Shown piece after piece: positions 1 through 11,980 of a stretch of DNA of 64,000 nt (the first letter of the stretch is position 1; each line of letters begins with the position of its first letter). A program made the translations under genes and the position numbers. Source of the DNA: Candidatus Nomurabacteria bacterium (GTDB lineage: Bacteria > Patescibacteriota > Minisyncoccia > Phycocordibacterales > UBA5272); the NCBI GenBank assembly GCA_028286645.1, contig JAQBRF010000004.1:408942-472941 (forward strand). Reading direction: 5' to 3'. The notes beneath the pieces were generated by a model. The model was not told where the DNA came from, did not search any database, and saw nothing but the letters and a program-made list of their open reading frames with translations.

Positions 1-27
1 TCTAAAATCTAAAGTCTAATATCTAGT

Positions 28-1455
28 TTAGTATAGCTTTTCAAAGTCTTTCCCAACAGTGAATAGCCTGTCTTCTCTACCATGGGAAGCAATGAATTGA
101 ATACCGAACGGAAGATCAGATGTATCTTTCCCAGAGGGAATTGATATAGCAGGAACACCCACTATGTTTACAGGTACGGTGAAAATGTCAGCCAGATACA
201 TACTCATCGGATCTTGAGACTTTTCTCCAATGGCAAACGCAGTTGTAGGAGCAGTAGGAGTGGCGATGATATCTACTTCTTCAAAAACTTTTTCAAATTC
301 TTTCTTTAAAAGCTCTCGCGCAATATTTGCTTTATTATAGTATGCATCGTAATAACCAGATGAAAGCACATACGTCCCAAGCAATATTCTTCTTCTTACT
401 TCAGGGCCGAATCCTGCTGTGCGAGATTCAAAGTAACTTCTAATGCTTGTTTCTCCTGGATGAGATAGTCCATAACGTATGCCATCATAGCGCGCGAGAT
501 TGCTTGATACTTCGGCAAACATAATAATATAATATACAGAGAGAGTTTTTTCTAATTGATTTATCGATATGTCTTTTACTTCATAGCCTACCTTTTTTAA
601 CTTTTCAAGTGATTCATTAAAGTTCTTTAAAACTTCAGAATCTACCCCCTCTCTATTTATAAATGATATCGGGACTCCAATCTTTTTATTAAAGATTCCA
701 TCATGTTTCCTCTTTTCAAGAGGTAATGATGTGGCGTCGAGCGGATCATTACCAGTAATTATTTTATATACTTCTTCTACATCTTCAACAGTTTTTCCAA
801 ATGGACCCACCTGATCAAGGGATGACCCCATAGCCATAACTCCGTATCTTGAATTATCACCATATGTAGTCTTGAGTCCAACCACTCCGCAAAACGAGGC
901 TGGCTGTCTGATTGAACCTCCAGTATCTGTACCGAGTGAAACTGGTACTCCACCATACGCTATAACTGCAGCCGACCCTCCTGAAGACCCTCCAGGAACC
1001 CGATTTATGTTGTGCGGATTTTTGGTTGTTCCATATGCGGAATTCTCAGTCGATCCTCCCATGGCAAATTCATCCATGTTTGCGCGAGCGATAAGTATGG
1101 CGCCCGCTTCTTTTAATCTTTTAATAACCGTTGCGTCATATGTGGCATGATAATTTTCTAAAATTTTAGATGCAGCAGTTGCAAGTTCCCCTTTAACTAA
1201 GATATTATCTTTTATAACAACAGGAATACCGGTTAGTACGGTTGCTGTACCATCTGCAAACATACCTTTTGCTTTTTCAATCTGTGAATTAATTAAATCT
1301 TCTGAATACATTCCTAAAAGAGCATGAATATCTTTATCTTTATCTCCTATAGTCTTCTTGGACTCATCCACCAGCGCCTCCACGGTTAAAGATCCGTTTT
1401 TTAAATCCTCATGTAATTGTTTAATAGTCTTCATGTATTTTCTAAAATCTAACAT
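28..1455 (-). CDS. gatA: Glu-tRNA(Gln)/Asp-tRNA(Asn) amidotransferase subunit A (amidase family)
   Basis: 475 aa. Amidase signature GGSSGGSAAVIA and Ser-cisSer-Lys context. Length and order (gatC immediately upstream) are typical. Confidence 0.9.
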   Translation of the reverse strand: MLDFRKYMKTIKQLHEDLKNGSLTVEALVDESKKTIGDKDKDIHALLGMYSEDLINSQIEKAKGMFADGTATVLTGIPVVIKDNILVKGELATAASKILENYHATYDATVIKRLKEAGAILIARANMDEFAMGGSTENSAYGTTKNPHNINRVPGGSSGGSAAVIAYGGVPVSLGTDTGGSIRQPASFCGVVGLKTTYGDNSRYGVMAMGSSLDQVGPFGKTVEDVEEVYKIITGNDPLDATSLPLEKRKHDGIFNKKIGVPISFINREGVDSEVLKNFNESLEKLKKVGYEVKDISINQLEKTLSVYYIIMFAEVSSNLARYDGIRYGLSHPGETSIRSYFESRTAGFGPEVRRRILLGTYVLSSGYYDAYYNKANIARELLKKEFEKVFEEVDIIATPTAPTTAFAIGEKSQDPMSMYLADIFTVPVNIVGVPAISIPSGKDTSDLPFGIQFIASHGREDRLFTVGKDFEKLY

Positions 1456-1459
1456 CTAG

Positions 1460-1744
1460 TTATTTCATCACTTGTTCAACCTTTACATATCCATTTTCAG
1501 TTTCTGGAGCTTCGGCTAGTAATGCCTCAGTGTTTGATCCTGTTTCATGTGCGATAACATCTTCTCGAACAATATTAAATATAGTTTCAGTCCCTCTCTT
1601 TTCCGTTCCTTCTATACTATTTATCTCAGAAATATACCCCAAGATTGATTGCATATCATGAAGCATTTTTTCTTTTTCGGATGGAGAAATATCTATGCGG
1701 GCTAAGAGAGAAAGATTATTTAAGTCTGTTTCTGTAAATTGCAT
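1460..1744 (-). CDS. gatC: Glu-tRNA(Gln) amidotransferase subunit C
   Basis: 94 aa, LARIDIS..EKEKM...NIVREDV pattern typical of GatC. Its stop lies 4 nt upstream of the gatA start. Confidence 0.75.
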   Translation of the reverse strand: MQFTETDLNNLSLLARIDISPSEKEKMLHDMQSILGYISEINSIEGTEKRGTETIFNIVREDVIAHETGSNTEALLAEAPETENGYVKVEQVMK

Positions 1745-1813
1745 ATAGGTATTCTAACATAAGCTATAAGGTGTTGATATAGACAGGTATATGGTAGTAT
1801 CCATTATATAAAT

Positions 1814-2380
1814 ATGTCTTCAGAAAAAACATTGCCCCAAGAAAGCGGATATGCGCCTTTTGAAATAATTGGCGCTATATACATAGTGTACGCGACCTTG
1901 GCAGCTTTTTTCTTGTATTTTGCTTCAGTTCTTAACTGTTCGCCTGAATGTAACACTACGGGAGATTTGTGGTATAAGGAATCAATTCTTACGATAGGAT
2001 TTCTTTTACTTACTATTGTAGAACTACGAGGAATTCTTAAGAGACAACTGTGGGCCAAGTGGTACGGAATAATAATACCCTTATTATTTATTGCTCAGAT
2101 CATATTAATTATATCTTTTCAATATAACGGTTTCCCGACTTACACAATGGAATTGCGTTCGTTACATGATATCCTTCATAGCGTTTTATTTAATCCCTTC
2201 ATTTATTTACTTATTCTATGTGTGGTTGGTTTTCTTTTCTTTAAAAGAAACACAGCGTGGATATACTATGGGAAAAGATCACTTACCTATCTGATCATAT
2301 TATCTCTCATAGGAATCGCCCTTGTGGTCAAGGATTGGAAAAACTATTATGATATGTATTTGGCACTTGGAGGTAAGTAA
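1814..2380 (+). CDS. hypothetical integral membrane protein
   Basis: 188-aa ORF with 5-6 hydrophobic helices. No recognisable motif. Confidence 0.4.
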   Translation: MSSEKTLPQESGYAPFEIIGAIYIVYATLAAFFLYFASVLNCSPECNTTGDLWYKESILTIGFLLLTIVELRGILKRQLWAKWYGIIIPLLFIAQIILIISFQYNGFPTYTMELRSLHDILHSVLFNPFIYLLILCVVGFLFFKRNTAWIYYGKRSLTYLIILSLIGIALVVKDWKNYYDMYLALGGK

Positions 2381-2404
2381 GTTGTTTACTGGAAAATAAC
2401 TCTT

Positions 2405-4402
<1,998 letters not shown>

Positions 4403-4442
4403 TTAGTCATTATACCACGCAAAAGCATTGCAAACTAAGGAG

Positions 4443-5177
4443 TTATTTGACTTCAGTCGTATTTATAATAGCGCGCTCTATAGGTAGAGTGGTTTCATTT
4501 CCGCATGAAGAAAATCCTCTAGCCACTATCTGTCTGTAGGTACTTGTTTTATATACTAAAACAGTCGCACATCTATATTGCCCGTTCCCTAAATCCATTT
4601 TCATAGAAAATGTTGATTTCTGTCCGCTTTCAAGATCTCCTTTTGAATTTGATCTGTTAAATGGCTCATAAGTGATCGAGGAATTGGCCCCGCTAAAAAT
4701 CGCAGAAGTTGCACATTTAATATCAGAAAGTGTAAGACTGGGTAAATTGCGAGCCTGTCTTTGATTATTAACTTTGTCTAAAACTGTTTGGGGTGTGGCT
4801 GTTGTGTTATATGGAAATATTCCTATTCCACTGTCCGGATCTGTATATTGATCATCAATCATAATGGCGCACATTAGAGCGCTATCTGCTGCATAATATG
4901 CTAATTGGCTTTCTCGAGAAAGTTTAGAGAAATATAGCTCCTTGGTAAGGATGATAGATATGCCAGTGGAAATAGTGAGGATGATAGTACAAACAAGAAG
5001 CGTCATAGGAAGTATGAACCCGCCCACCTTCTTATGTCCGCTGAAATTTATTAGACCAAAGGGAGATTTACTTTTTATGATAAAATCTGACAAAATAATA
5101 GAAGGTGGGCGGGTGAATCCTTTTGAAGCTTTATTTTTAATTTTATTAAATAAGTTTTTCATATTAGCTTCGGGCAT
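4443..5177 (-). CDS. pilin-like membrane protein (degenerate prepilin motif), start uncertain
   Basis: N-terminal MKNLFNKIKNKASKGFT resembles the leaders of the adjacent pseudopilins but lacks Glu+5. Followed by a TM helix. Last gene of the pilus operon. Confidence 0.35.
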   Translation of the reverse strand: MPEANMKNLFNKIKNKASKGFTRPPSIILSDFIIKSKSPFGLINFSGHKKVGGFILPMTLLVCTIILTISTGISIILTKELYFSKLSRESQLAYYAADSALMCAIMIDDQYTDPDSGIGIFPYNTTATPQTVLDKVNNQRQARNLPSLTLSDIKCATSAIFSGANSSITYEPFNRSNSKGDLESGQKSTFSMKMDLGNGQYRCATVLVYKTSTYRQIVARGFSSCGNETTLPIERAIINTTEVK

Positions 5178-5838
5178 GAAGAAAATCTACAACCTTAATC
5201 TGTTTGGTAAATCCGTTAGACCGCAAAAAGGTAATAGTGACCACTACTCGTAGATCGGTATTATATTCTGCATCAGCTCCCGCAAATGTAATCAGAGGTG
5301 TTATGGAAACCGATCGTGAAAAACTTGTCGGTGTCGCCCCCTCACCGTGAACACCTGTACAAACATACATTCCAATCGCATTAACAGACAGTGTAGAGCA
5401 CTGGGAACCATTGAAATCGTATTTTGACGGACTTACCTCTTCATTGCCCACCATATCTATGAAATCATAAGCACATACGCCAGGAGTTTGATTACTCAAG
5501 CAAGAAACTCCATAATTTGTCGATGAAAGACGTTCATTAAACATTCTCCATGCGGCCTCTCGAGGAAGCTCATTATTCCGTAGCACACAAGCATTTGTAT
5601 CTTGTGATAAACATTTTAAATATATTGAATCCTGCTGATGACGAAGCAGTTCCACAGCTTCTTGCGCTAAATATACGGAAATCATGGTATCTTTTGTTTG
5701 TTTGGCATAAGTAGCGGCATTTGTCGCCACAGTAAGAGGACCTAAAATGACTAATGTGACAAGGGTGGTCGAAACTATAGCCTCTATGATTGTAAAACCT
5801 TTTGCTCTTTTCTGTTGTAATTTATTAAATATGTTCAT
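5164..5838 (-). CDS. minor (pseudo)pilin with class III signal peptide
   Basis: KGFTIIEAIVS prepilin-peptidase motif (G|FTxxE) followed by a hydrophobic helix. 224 aa. Confidence 0.6.
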   Translation of the reverse strand: MNIFNKLQQKRAKGFTIIEAIVSTTLVTLVILGPLTVATNAATYAKQTKDTMISVYLAQEAVELLRHQQDSIYLKCLSQDTNACVLRNNELPREAAWRMFNERLSSTNYGVSCLSNQTPGVCAYDFIDMVGNEEVSPSKYDFNGSQCSTLSVNAIGMYVCTGVHGEGATPTSFSRSVSITPLITFAGADAEYNTDLRVVVTITFLRSNGFTKQIKVVDFLHARS

Positions 5839-5839
5839 A

Positions 5840-6514
5840 TTAATTATCTAATCCGCGAGAAGATATACTTGTCTCAACGTTGAAAGTAACCGGTCGCGCT
5901 CTGACATTATTTGGAAGCGTCTTTCCAGCCAATATAAGAGTGATGACTGGCTGATTAGTATCTGTTCCACCATTAGTACTAGAAAGGGCTCCTGAAACAT
6001 AAAAAGTAAGATTGCTTATAAATACGTCAGAAGATGTGATCTGATATCTTTTTTTGTTATTAACATTTGAATTTGCATATTCGTCTTTATAAATAACGCC
6101 ATTTTCCAGAGAGTATGTAATTCTATCTTGAGTCGGATCAGTAGTTCCGGCTAAAGGTTCCACCGGCTTAAGAACAAGAAAACTTGAGCCAACACTTTCC
6201 CTGTAAGAACAGTCATTTCGAGGAACAGGAGCCACGGTGGGCACACCACAATAAAATTGTGATCCATAACGAATATCTCGGGTCATACCTTCTACTACCA
6301 AATTTACTCCGTCTAATATAACTTGGCTTTGTTCAAGCCTTGCATTTATTGCTTGCGCGGAAAAAAGTGCACCTACAGCAATAGTTATTATAGAGATAAA
6401 AAGCGCCATACTTACTAAAAGCTCTACTAATGTAAAGCCCTTTACATTCCCGCTAAAAAAACCAGAAGACTTATCAAACTTATTTATAAATTTTTTAATT
6501 TCGTGGATGGTCAT
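5840..6514 (-). CDS. minor (pseudo)pilin with class III signal peptide
   Basis: KGFTLVELLVSMALFISIITIAVG N-terminus. 224 aa. Overlaps neighbours by 1-4 nt (operon). Confidence 0.6.
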   Translation of the reverse strand: MTIHEIKKFINKFDKSSGFFSGNVKGFTLVELLVSMALFISIITIAVGALFSAQAINARLEQSQVILDGVNLVVEGMTRDIRYGSQFYCGVPTVAPVPRNDCSYRESVGSSFLVLKPVEPLAGTTDPTQDRITYSLENGVIYKDEYANSNVNNKKRYQITSSDVFISNLTFYVSGALSSTNGGTDTNQPVITLILAGKTLPNNVRARPVTFNVETSISSRGLDN

Positions 6515-7197
6515 GATGAGCTATTGTCACACTTACCAATTTGAGTTCGAATCATTCCAGAATTAAATACTTGAACAGATCGTATATGCCCTGAACGAGG
6601 AGCGTACGGAGAGCGAAGCTCAATACATGCCGCCGAATAATTTACACCAGAATTGTTATTTATATAAATATGAGGCTCTGGATCTGGCCTGGTAAATGAT
6701 ATAGTAAGAGAATTAATAACAGGAGTATTGGCGCTGTTGCATGTGAAGGGAAAACCATTCCCTACACATAGTTTATATATAGTAAAACTTTTTGAAAGGG
6801 TGGTAATGCTTTTGGTTTCATCAATTGGATTGCCATTTTCATATAAGCCATTACCGATGGAAAGGCCGTAAGGTTTAGGAACATTAGAATCAATTACATC
6901 TTTAAATAAAATTAACTTATTTGGGGTTGAGAGTTGTATAAAAACTCCATATCCTCCGATGGGGCTTTCAGAATTAAGAGTAATATTCCCAGAATCAATT
7001 GCACTTCCCCTAATCTGAGCTTCGCGCACCAAAAGGGCGAGTGAGTGAGTATTATTAGCAAGCGTTATTCTAGTAGATGTTTCTGGATATCCTGACATTA
7101 AAATAGCCGTGAGAATTGCCATAATCGCGAGGCTTACAGAAAGCTCAACTAAGGTAAACCCCTTCATTTTCAAGCAAGCGGAAAAACGCAATTTCAT
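6511..7197 (-). CDS. minor (pseudo)pilin with class III signal peptide
   Basis: MKGFTLVELSVSLAIMAILTAI N-terminus. 228 aa. Confidence 0.6.
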   Translation of the reverse strand: MKLRFSACLKMKGFTLVELSVSLAIMAILTAILMSGYPETSTRITLANNTHSLALLVREAQIRGSAIDSGNITLNSESPIGGYGVFIQLSTPNKLILFKDVIDSNVPKPYGLSIGNGLYENGNPIDETKSITTLSKSFTIYKLCVGNGFPFTCNSANTPVINSLTISFTRPDPEPHIYINNNSGVNYSAACIELRSPYAPRSGHIRSVQVFNSGMIRTQIGKCDNSSS

Positions 7198-7212
7198 ATG
7201 AACATAGTAACA

Positions 7213-7992
7213 CTAAGATACGACTCTAGCGATGGAATAAACATCAATCTGTGTGAACAAAACAAATAAAAATGAAATAACTATATAAGGAACGAATGGA
7301 ATCGCGGTATTTTTATTACCCATCTGCTTTCTAAGTATGTATATACATATGCCAACTAGGGCTCCTAGCCATATAGATAAAAGTAGCACTGCGAGCCCCT
7401 GCTCTATCCCAAAAAAAGCTCCAACCCCTAAAAATAATATAACATCTCCAAACCCAAGAGCTTTACCTCTAGAAACTATCCAAATAATTAGGAAAGGCAG
7501 AGCTATTACAATGGGGCCTAAAAACACCTCATATCCTCCTCCATCATATTGATACCTCATAAAAAGCATAATTATAGTAAGGACACAATAAATGAGTAAG
7601 TACTGGATCGGAATATAACTATGAGCCTTATCGTAAAGAGCTATTACCCCGAGAGAAATAAATAGTAATGTATAGTATACAAGCCAAGAAATAGAAAAGA
7701 TGAGCGAAGCCTGATCCGCTAGAACATATATATATAGGCATAAGAACATTAACCCATAAAATACTTCTACTAAAAGAGCGGAAATTCCAAATGGAGTTTT
7801 ACAATGTCTGCATCTTCCTTTTAAAAGGATGTAAGACAGTACCGGGATTAAGTCTGATGCGCGAAGTGCCTCTCCGCATGAGAGGCACTTACTGCGAGCT
7901 TTTGTAATCTTTGCTACATGTAACCTAGTTACAACCACTTCAACAAAACTTCCTATTGCCGCACCGTAGATAAAAGATAGAATGTAAAACAC
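7213..7992 (-). CDS. pilD: prepilin peptidase (A24 family)
   Basis: 259 aa polytopic membrane protein. N-terminal CxxC...CxxC zinc motif (KCLSCGE...CRHCKTP) and conserved Asp-containing loops typical of PilD/TadV. Confidence 0.85.
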   Translation of the reverse strand: MFYILSFIYGAAIGSFVEVVVTRLHVAKITKARSKCLSCGEALRASDLIPVLSYILLKGRCRHCKTPFGISALLVEVFYGLMFLCLYIYVLADQASLIFSISWLVYYTLLFISLGVIALYDKAHSYIPIQYLLIYCVLTIIMLFMRYQYDGGGYEVFLGPIVIALPFLIIWIVSRGKALGFGDVILFLGVGAFFGIEQGLAVLLLSIWLGALVGICIYILRKQMGNKNTAIPFVPYIVISFLFVLFTQIDVYSIARVVS

Positions 7993-8005
7993 AAACCTCC
8001 AACTT

Positions 8006-8653
8006 CTAGTTAGTTAAATCGTAGATACAGGCTGTTGTTCCTGTTACGGCTGACGTACAAGCTGTAGTGCTCGTATCAATTCCACCTCCGAAATCTCCCG
8101 TGGCCCCAGTAGAAACAGGCTGTCCCGCTTCGTTAGCAAAATAATTCGTATGGCTTACGGTACATGCTGTTATACATGTATAAGGAATTGAACCTGTTGT
8201 TTGATCTACACAAGGCTTTGCAGTTCCGGTGAGCGCCGTAGTTACGCCTCCGCAGTCTGCGTCATCATTTAAACCCTGGTTTGATGACTCCAGCTTAACA
8301 CCTAAGTGATACCCGATTCGTCGATTGTTTGCACCTGGGTCTGTATAAACCGCATACATATACTTATCTCTAGCAGCAACAGTTGACGAAGCATTTGTAG
8401 GAAGAGCTTGTAGATATCTTGGGGCGAGACTAGAAAGATCAGGCGGGTAATCTCCGCCATTGTCTTCTGCATAAAGCTGTAAAGCGGTCGAAATAGCGCG
8501 AAGGTCTGCAACCTTCTTTGCATCTCTTCCTTTTCTTCTAGATTCTGTGATCGGTGCTGCTATAACCGTTGAAAGAAGGCCGATAATTGCGATCACCACC
8601 AGGAGTTCGATGAGGGTGAATCCTTTGAAACTTTTTTTTAATATTTTTGACAT
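8006..8653 (-). CDS. pilA: type IV major pilin (paralog 1)
   Basis: KGFTLIELLVVIAIIGLLS N-methylation motif. 215 aa. C-terminal Cys pair. Confidence 0.8.
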   Translation of the reverse strand: MSKILKKSFKGFTLIELLVVIAIIGLLSTVIAAPITESRRKGRDAKKVADLRAISTALQLYAEDNGGDYPPDLSSLAPRYLQALPTNASSTVAARDKYMYAVYTDPGANNRRIGYHLGVKLESSNQGLNDDADCGGVTTALTGTAKPCVDQTTGSIPYTCITACTVSHTNYFANEAGQPVSTGATGDFGGGIDTSTTACTSAVTGTTACIYDLTN

Positions 8654-8750
8654 AGTTAGTATTATAAATTTCTATCTTGATTAGACTGAGCTAATTATAA
8701 ACCCTCTAGGGTAAATCACAAGCTTAGATGTGGATATCTTAATAAGATAA

Positions 8751-9404
8751 CTAATTAGTTAAATCATATATACATGCCGCAGGAGTGCTTACAAGAACAG
8801 ATGTACAAGCCGTTGTGCCTGTATCTTGTCCTCCGCCAAAATCGCTATTTATACTTGAAGCAGGAGGATACCCGGCATCACCAACTACCCATGTTGGGTT
8901 ACTTGCAGTACAGGCGATTATACATGTATAAGGAATAGCTCCTGTAGTCTGGTTGACACAAGGTTTTGAACTTCCCCCCATAGCAAAATCGAAAGCCCCT
9001 CCACAGTCCGCATCATCGTTTAGCGCCTGATTCGCAGATTCTAATTTTACTCCTAAATGATAACCAATACGTCTATTATTTGCCCCAGGGTCAGCAAAGA
9101 CTGTATACATATATTTATCTCTAGCACTTGCTGAAGACCAAGCATTAGCAGGCAAAGATTGTAGATACCTAGGAACAAGAGATGAAATATCGGGCGGATA
9201 TTCTCCCGCATTATCATCGGCATACAATTGTATGGCTGTAGAGATTGAGCGTAGATCGGCGATTTTCTTTGCATCTCTTCCTTTTCTTCTAGACTCTGTA
9301 ATAGGAGCCGCTATAACAGTTGAAAGAAGTCCGATAATTGCGATCACCACCAGGAGTTCGATGAGGGTGAATCCTTTGAAACTTTTTTTGGAAATTTTAA
9401 ACAT
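8751..9404 (-). CDS. pilA: type IV major pilin (paralog 2)
   Basis: First ~125 aa nearly identical to 8006..8653. C-terminal ~90 aa divergent. 217 aa. Confidence 0.8.
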   Translation of the reverse strand: MFKISKKSFKGFTLIELLVVIAIIGLLSTVIAAPITESRRKGRDAKKIADLRSISTAIQLYADDNAGEYPPDISSLVPRYLQSLPANAWSSASARDKYMYTVFADPGANNRRIGYHLGVKLESANQALNDDADCGGAFDFAMGGSSKPCVNQTTGAIPYTCIIACTASNPTWVVGDAGYPPASSINSDFGGGQDTGTTACTSVLVSTPAACIYDLTN

Positions 9405-9442
9405 AAATTATTTATATAACAATATATCTTTAATAAAAACAA

Positions 9443-10660
9443 TTAGCTTATAGCTGACGATAACGAATACATAGGCAACAAAACAGCAGACACTAATACT
9501 CCAACTCCTAGACCTAAAGAAACTATCATGGCGGGCTCAATTAGACCTATAACTCTATCAATAGAAGTATCGAGCTCGCGCTTATAAAATATAGCTAAGT
9601 TATTTAAAATATAAGCCAATTCTCCTGTTTCTTCTCCAATATGCACCATCTGTACTAAAATATTTGGAGCAAGAGGCTCTTCATAAAGAGCCTTAGAAAA
9701 GGCAACACCAGTCTGGACTTTTTGAGAAACTCTTTTTAAGAGATCTTTATATATAACATTCTCTACTACCGCCGAAGTAATATCAATTGATCTAACGATA
9801 GGCACCCCGCTTGTTAGCATCGTATTCATGTTATCCGCAAGCCGTGTTAAGAAAATACGCTGATACAAAGTCTTGATAACCGGAATTCTGGTTTTAATTT
9901 CGTCTATTTTCCTAGTTCCTCTTTCTGTTTTTGACCATTTATAAAATATCCATATCGCAATAACTATTATTGGAAATGATATAGCCCAGTATTTTACAAA
10001 TACATCTGAAATCCCTAATATTATTTTAGTAACCAGTGGGAGATCTGCCCCTTGATCGGCAAATAGGGCCGCCATTTTAGGAATAACAAAAGTAAGCATG
10101 CCCACCATAATTACCACGAAAGTTCCGATAACGAAGCTTGGATAAGTGAGAGCTTTTTTTATTTTCTGAGTAAGCTCATAATCTCTATCGAGATAATCTG
10201 CTAAATATAAAAATCTTTCATTTAATTTTCCGCTCTCTTCTCCGGCTTTTACCATGTTTATATAAAATGGCGAGAATATTCCAGGTCGACGCGAAAGAGA
10301 TTCAGACAATGAAACACCAGCTTCTATATCATCTGCCACACTGGTTAACTCTTTTTGAAGCGCGATATTTTCATTTTCCTGGGCGAGCAATCTAAAACCC
10401 TTAAGCGCTGGAACCCCTGCTTGAAAAAGCGTAGCAATCTGGCGAGAAAATATAACTAAATCCTTTGGCTTAACTTTTGGCTTTAAAAAATGGAAGTTTG
10501 TTATAGCATCTAATCCCTTGCTTTCTTTTTTCTCTACAATATTTACAATGGCTAAACCTCTTTTTTGTAGTAGTGCAATAGCCTGGTCTAATGAGCCGCT
10601 TTCAACATCGGCTTCGATCTTAACCCCATCGTTTCCAATTGATGTATAGTGAAAAAGCAT
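9443..10660 (-). CDS. pilC: type IV pilus inner-membrane platform protein (GspF/PilC family)
   Basis: 405 aa, duplicated T2SSF domain, three TM segments, typical PilC spacing. Confidence 0.85.
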   Translation of the reverse strand: MLFHYTSIGNDGVKIEADVESGSLDQAIALLQKRGLAIVNIVEKKESKGLDAITNFHFLKPKVKPKDLVIFSRQIATLFQAGVPALKGFRLLAQENENIALQKELTSVADDIEAGVSLSESLSRRPGIFSPFYINMVKAGEESGKLNERFLYLADYLDRDYELTQKIKKALTYPSFVIGTFVVIMVGMLTFVIPKMAALFADQGADLPLVTKIILGISDVFVKYWAISFPIIVIAIWIFYKWSKTERGTRKIDEIKTRIPVIKTLYQRIFLTRLADNMNTMLTSGVPIVRSIDITSAVVENVIYKDLLKRVSQKVQTGVAFSKALYEEPLAPNILVQMVHIGEETGELAYILNNLAIFYKRELDTSIDRVIGLIEPAMIVSLGLGVGVLVSAVLLPMYSLSSAIS

Positions 10661-11718
10661 TATAGTAATCGATCAAATAATGATGGCCGTCTGATATGGC
10701 CTTGTACATCATCCTTATTAACTTCTCCCTTTCTTATTAGTTCAGCCAAATTTCGATCAAGATCAATCATGCCATCCTTTGAGCCAGTCTCTATAAGAAC
10801 ATCAATTTCATGCGTTCTCTTTTCTCTAATAAGATTTGATACGGCAGAAGTGTTTAATAAAAGCTCAAACACTGGGATAAGACCACCAGAAATTCTAGGA
10901 ATTAATCTTTGAGAAAGCACTCCAATGAGTGATGAAGCCAGCTGTAATCTGATTTGTGACTGCTGTTCTGCCGGGAAAATATCAATAATTCTATCTATTG
11001 TTTGCGCGGCTGAGTTTGTGTGGAGGGTAGATAAAACCAGATGCCCCGTTTCTGCCGCAGTAACTGCTGCAGAAATAGTTTCCAAATCACGCATTTCACC
11101 GATCATGATAACATCCGCATCTTGTCTAAATACATGACCAAGAGCGGTATGGAAATCTTTTGTATCCACTCCGACCTCTCTTTGTTCAATTAGAGCTTTA
11201 TTTGGATCAAATCTAAACTCAATCGGATCTTCGATGGTGATGATATGCCTTTTCGCTTCTGAGTTAATCAAGTCCACCATGGAAGCAATTGTAGTAGACT
11301 TTCCTTGTCCCACGGGACCTACTACCAAGAAAAATCCCTGGCGCTCTCTGGCGATTTGAATTAATTGTTCAGGAAGATTAAGCTCAGCTATTGTTTTAAC
11401 TTTTGGAATAAGTCTTAGAGCAACAGAAATAAACCCTCTTTGAAATGATGCGTTTCCTCTTAATCGATATTCTTTCTTATGTTCATATGAGAAATCAAGT
11501 TCCTGATTTACCACGAAATCAGTAAGAGCTTTTTCTCCCACCATAATGCGTAAAAATCCTAAAGTATCTTCCGCGCTTAATTCTTTTTTTCGAGTTAAAG
11601 GAATGAGTTCGCGATTTACTCGAACAGTCGGGAAAGTACCAACAGTAAAATGAATATCAGACCCAGCTTCTTTAACCAGAGTCATTATTAAATCATCGAG
11701 CTCGTTTTCGTAATTCAT
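10660..11718 (-). CDS. pilT: twitching-motility/retraction ATPase (PilT family)
   Basis: 352 aa. Walker A GPVGQGKSTT, Asp box, His box. Size typical of PilT/PilU, not PilB. Preceded by the heptad leader motif. Confidence 0.85.
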   Translation of the reverse strand: MNYENELDDLIMTLVKEAGSDIHFTVGTFPTVRVNRELIPLTRKKELSAEDTLGFLRIMVGEKALTDFVVNQELDFSYEHKKEYRLRGNASFQRGFISVALRLIPKVKTIAELNLPEQLIQIARERQGFFLVVGPVGQGKSTTIASMVDLINSEAKRHIITIEDPIEFRFDPNKALIEQREVGVDTKDFHTALGHVFRQDADVIMIGEMRDLETISAAVTAAETGHLVLSTLHTNSAAQTIDRIIDIFPAEQQSQIRLQLASSLIGVLSQRLIPRISGGLIPVFELLLNTSAVSNLIREKRTHEIDVLIETGSKDGMIDLDRNLAELIRKGEVNKDDVQGHIRRPSLFDRLL

Positions 11719-11937
11719 AGGGATAGATAGTAGACGTTAGACATTAGATGTTAGAAAATACAAATTCTATGCATGATGCTAGTATAAACCGGAAATGTGT
11801 AAAGACAATTGAATAAGTCACAGAAACGAGATGCTAAGGACTAGGCGTTAGGTTTTAGGTGTTAAAATACTAAAGTTACAAATGCAATATATAAATACTT
11901 AGAATTTTCCGTTTCAATAAATTTAATAACTAAACAA

Positions 11938-11975
11938 AAACCCCGTTTCATCACCGGGGGGTGACGAAACGGGTT
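11938..11975 (-). terminator. rho-independent terminator of the GC-rich gene
   Basis: 16-bp perfect stem AACCCGTTTCGTCACC/GGTGATGAAACGGGGTT followed by a T-run on the minus strand. Confidence 0.6.
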
Positions 11976-11980
11976 GTAAA

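Noticed and set aside
872-1150. 92-aa plus-strand ORF
   Set aside because: It lies entirely antisense within the well-supported gatA reading frame. It has no RBS and a Pro/Ala-rich composition typical of antisense frames.
1441-1455. Heptad leader element upstream of gatA
   Set aside because: The TCTAAAATCTAACAT copy here is in the opposite orientation. It actually encodes the first five codons (MLDFR) of gatA and the gatC/gatA junction. It is recorded as a related repeat and not as a leader for gatA.
8302-9274. Two 73-aa minus-strand ORFs inside the pilA paralogs (8302..8523, 9053..9274)
   Set aside because: They are alternative frames of the pilin genes. The pilin frame has the diagnostic prepilin motif.
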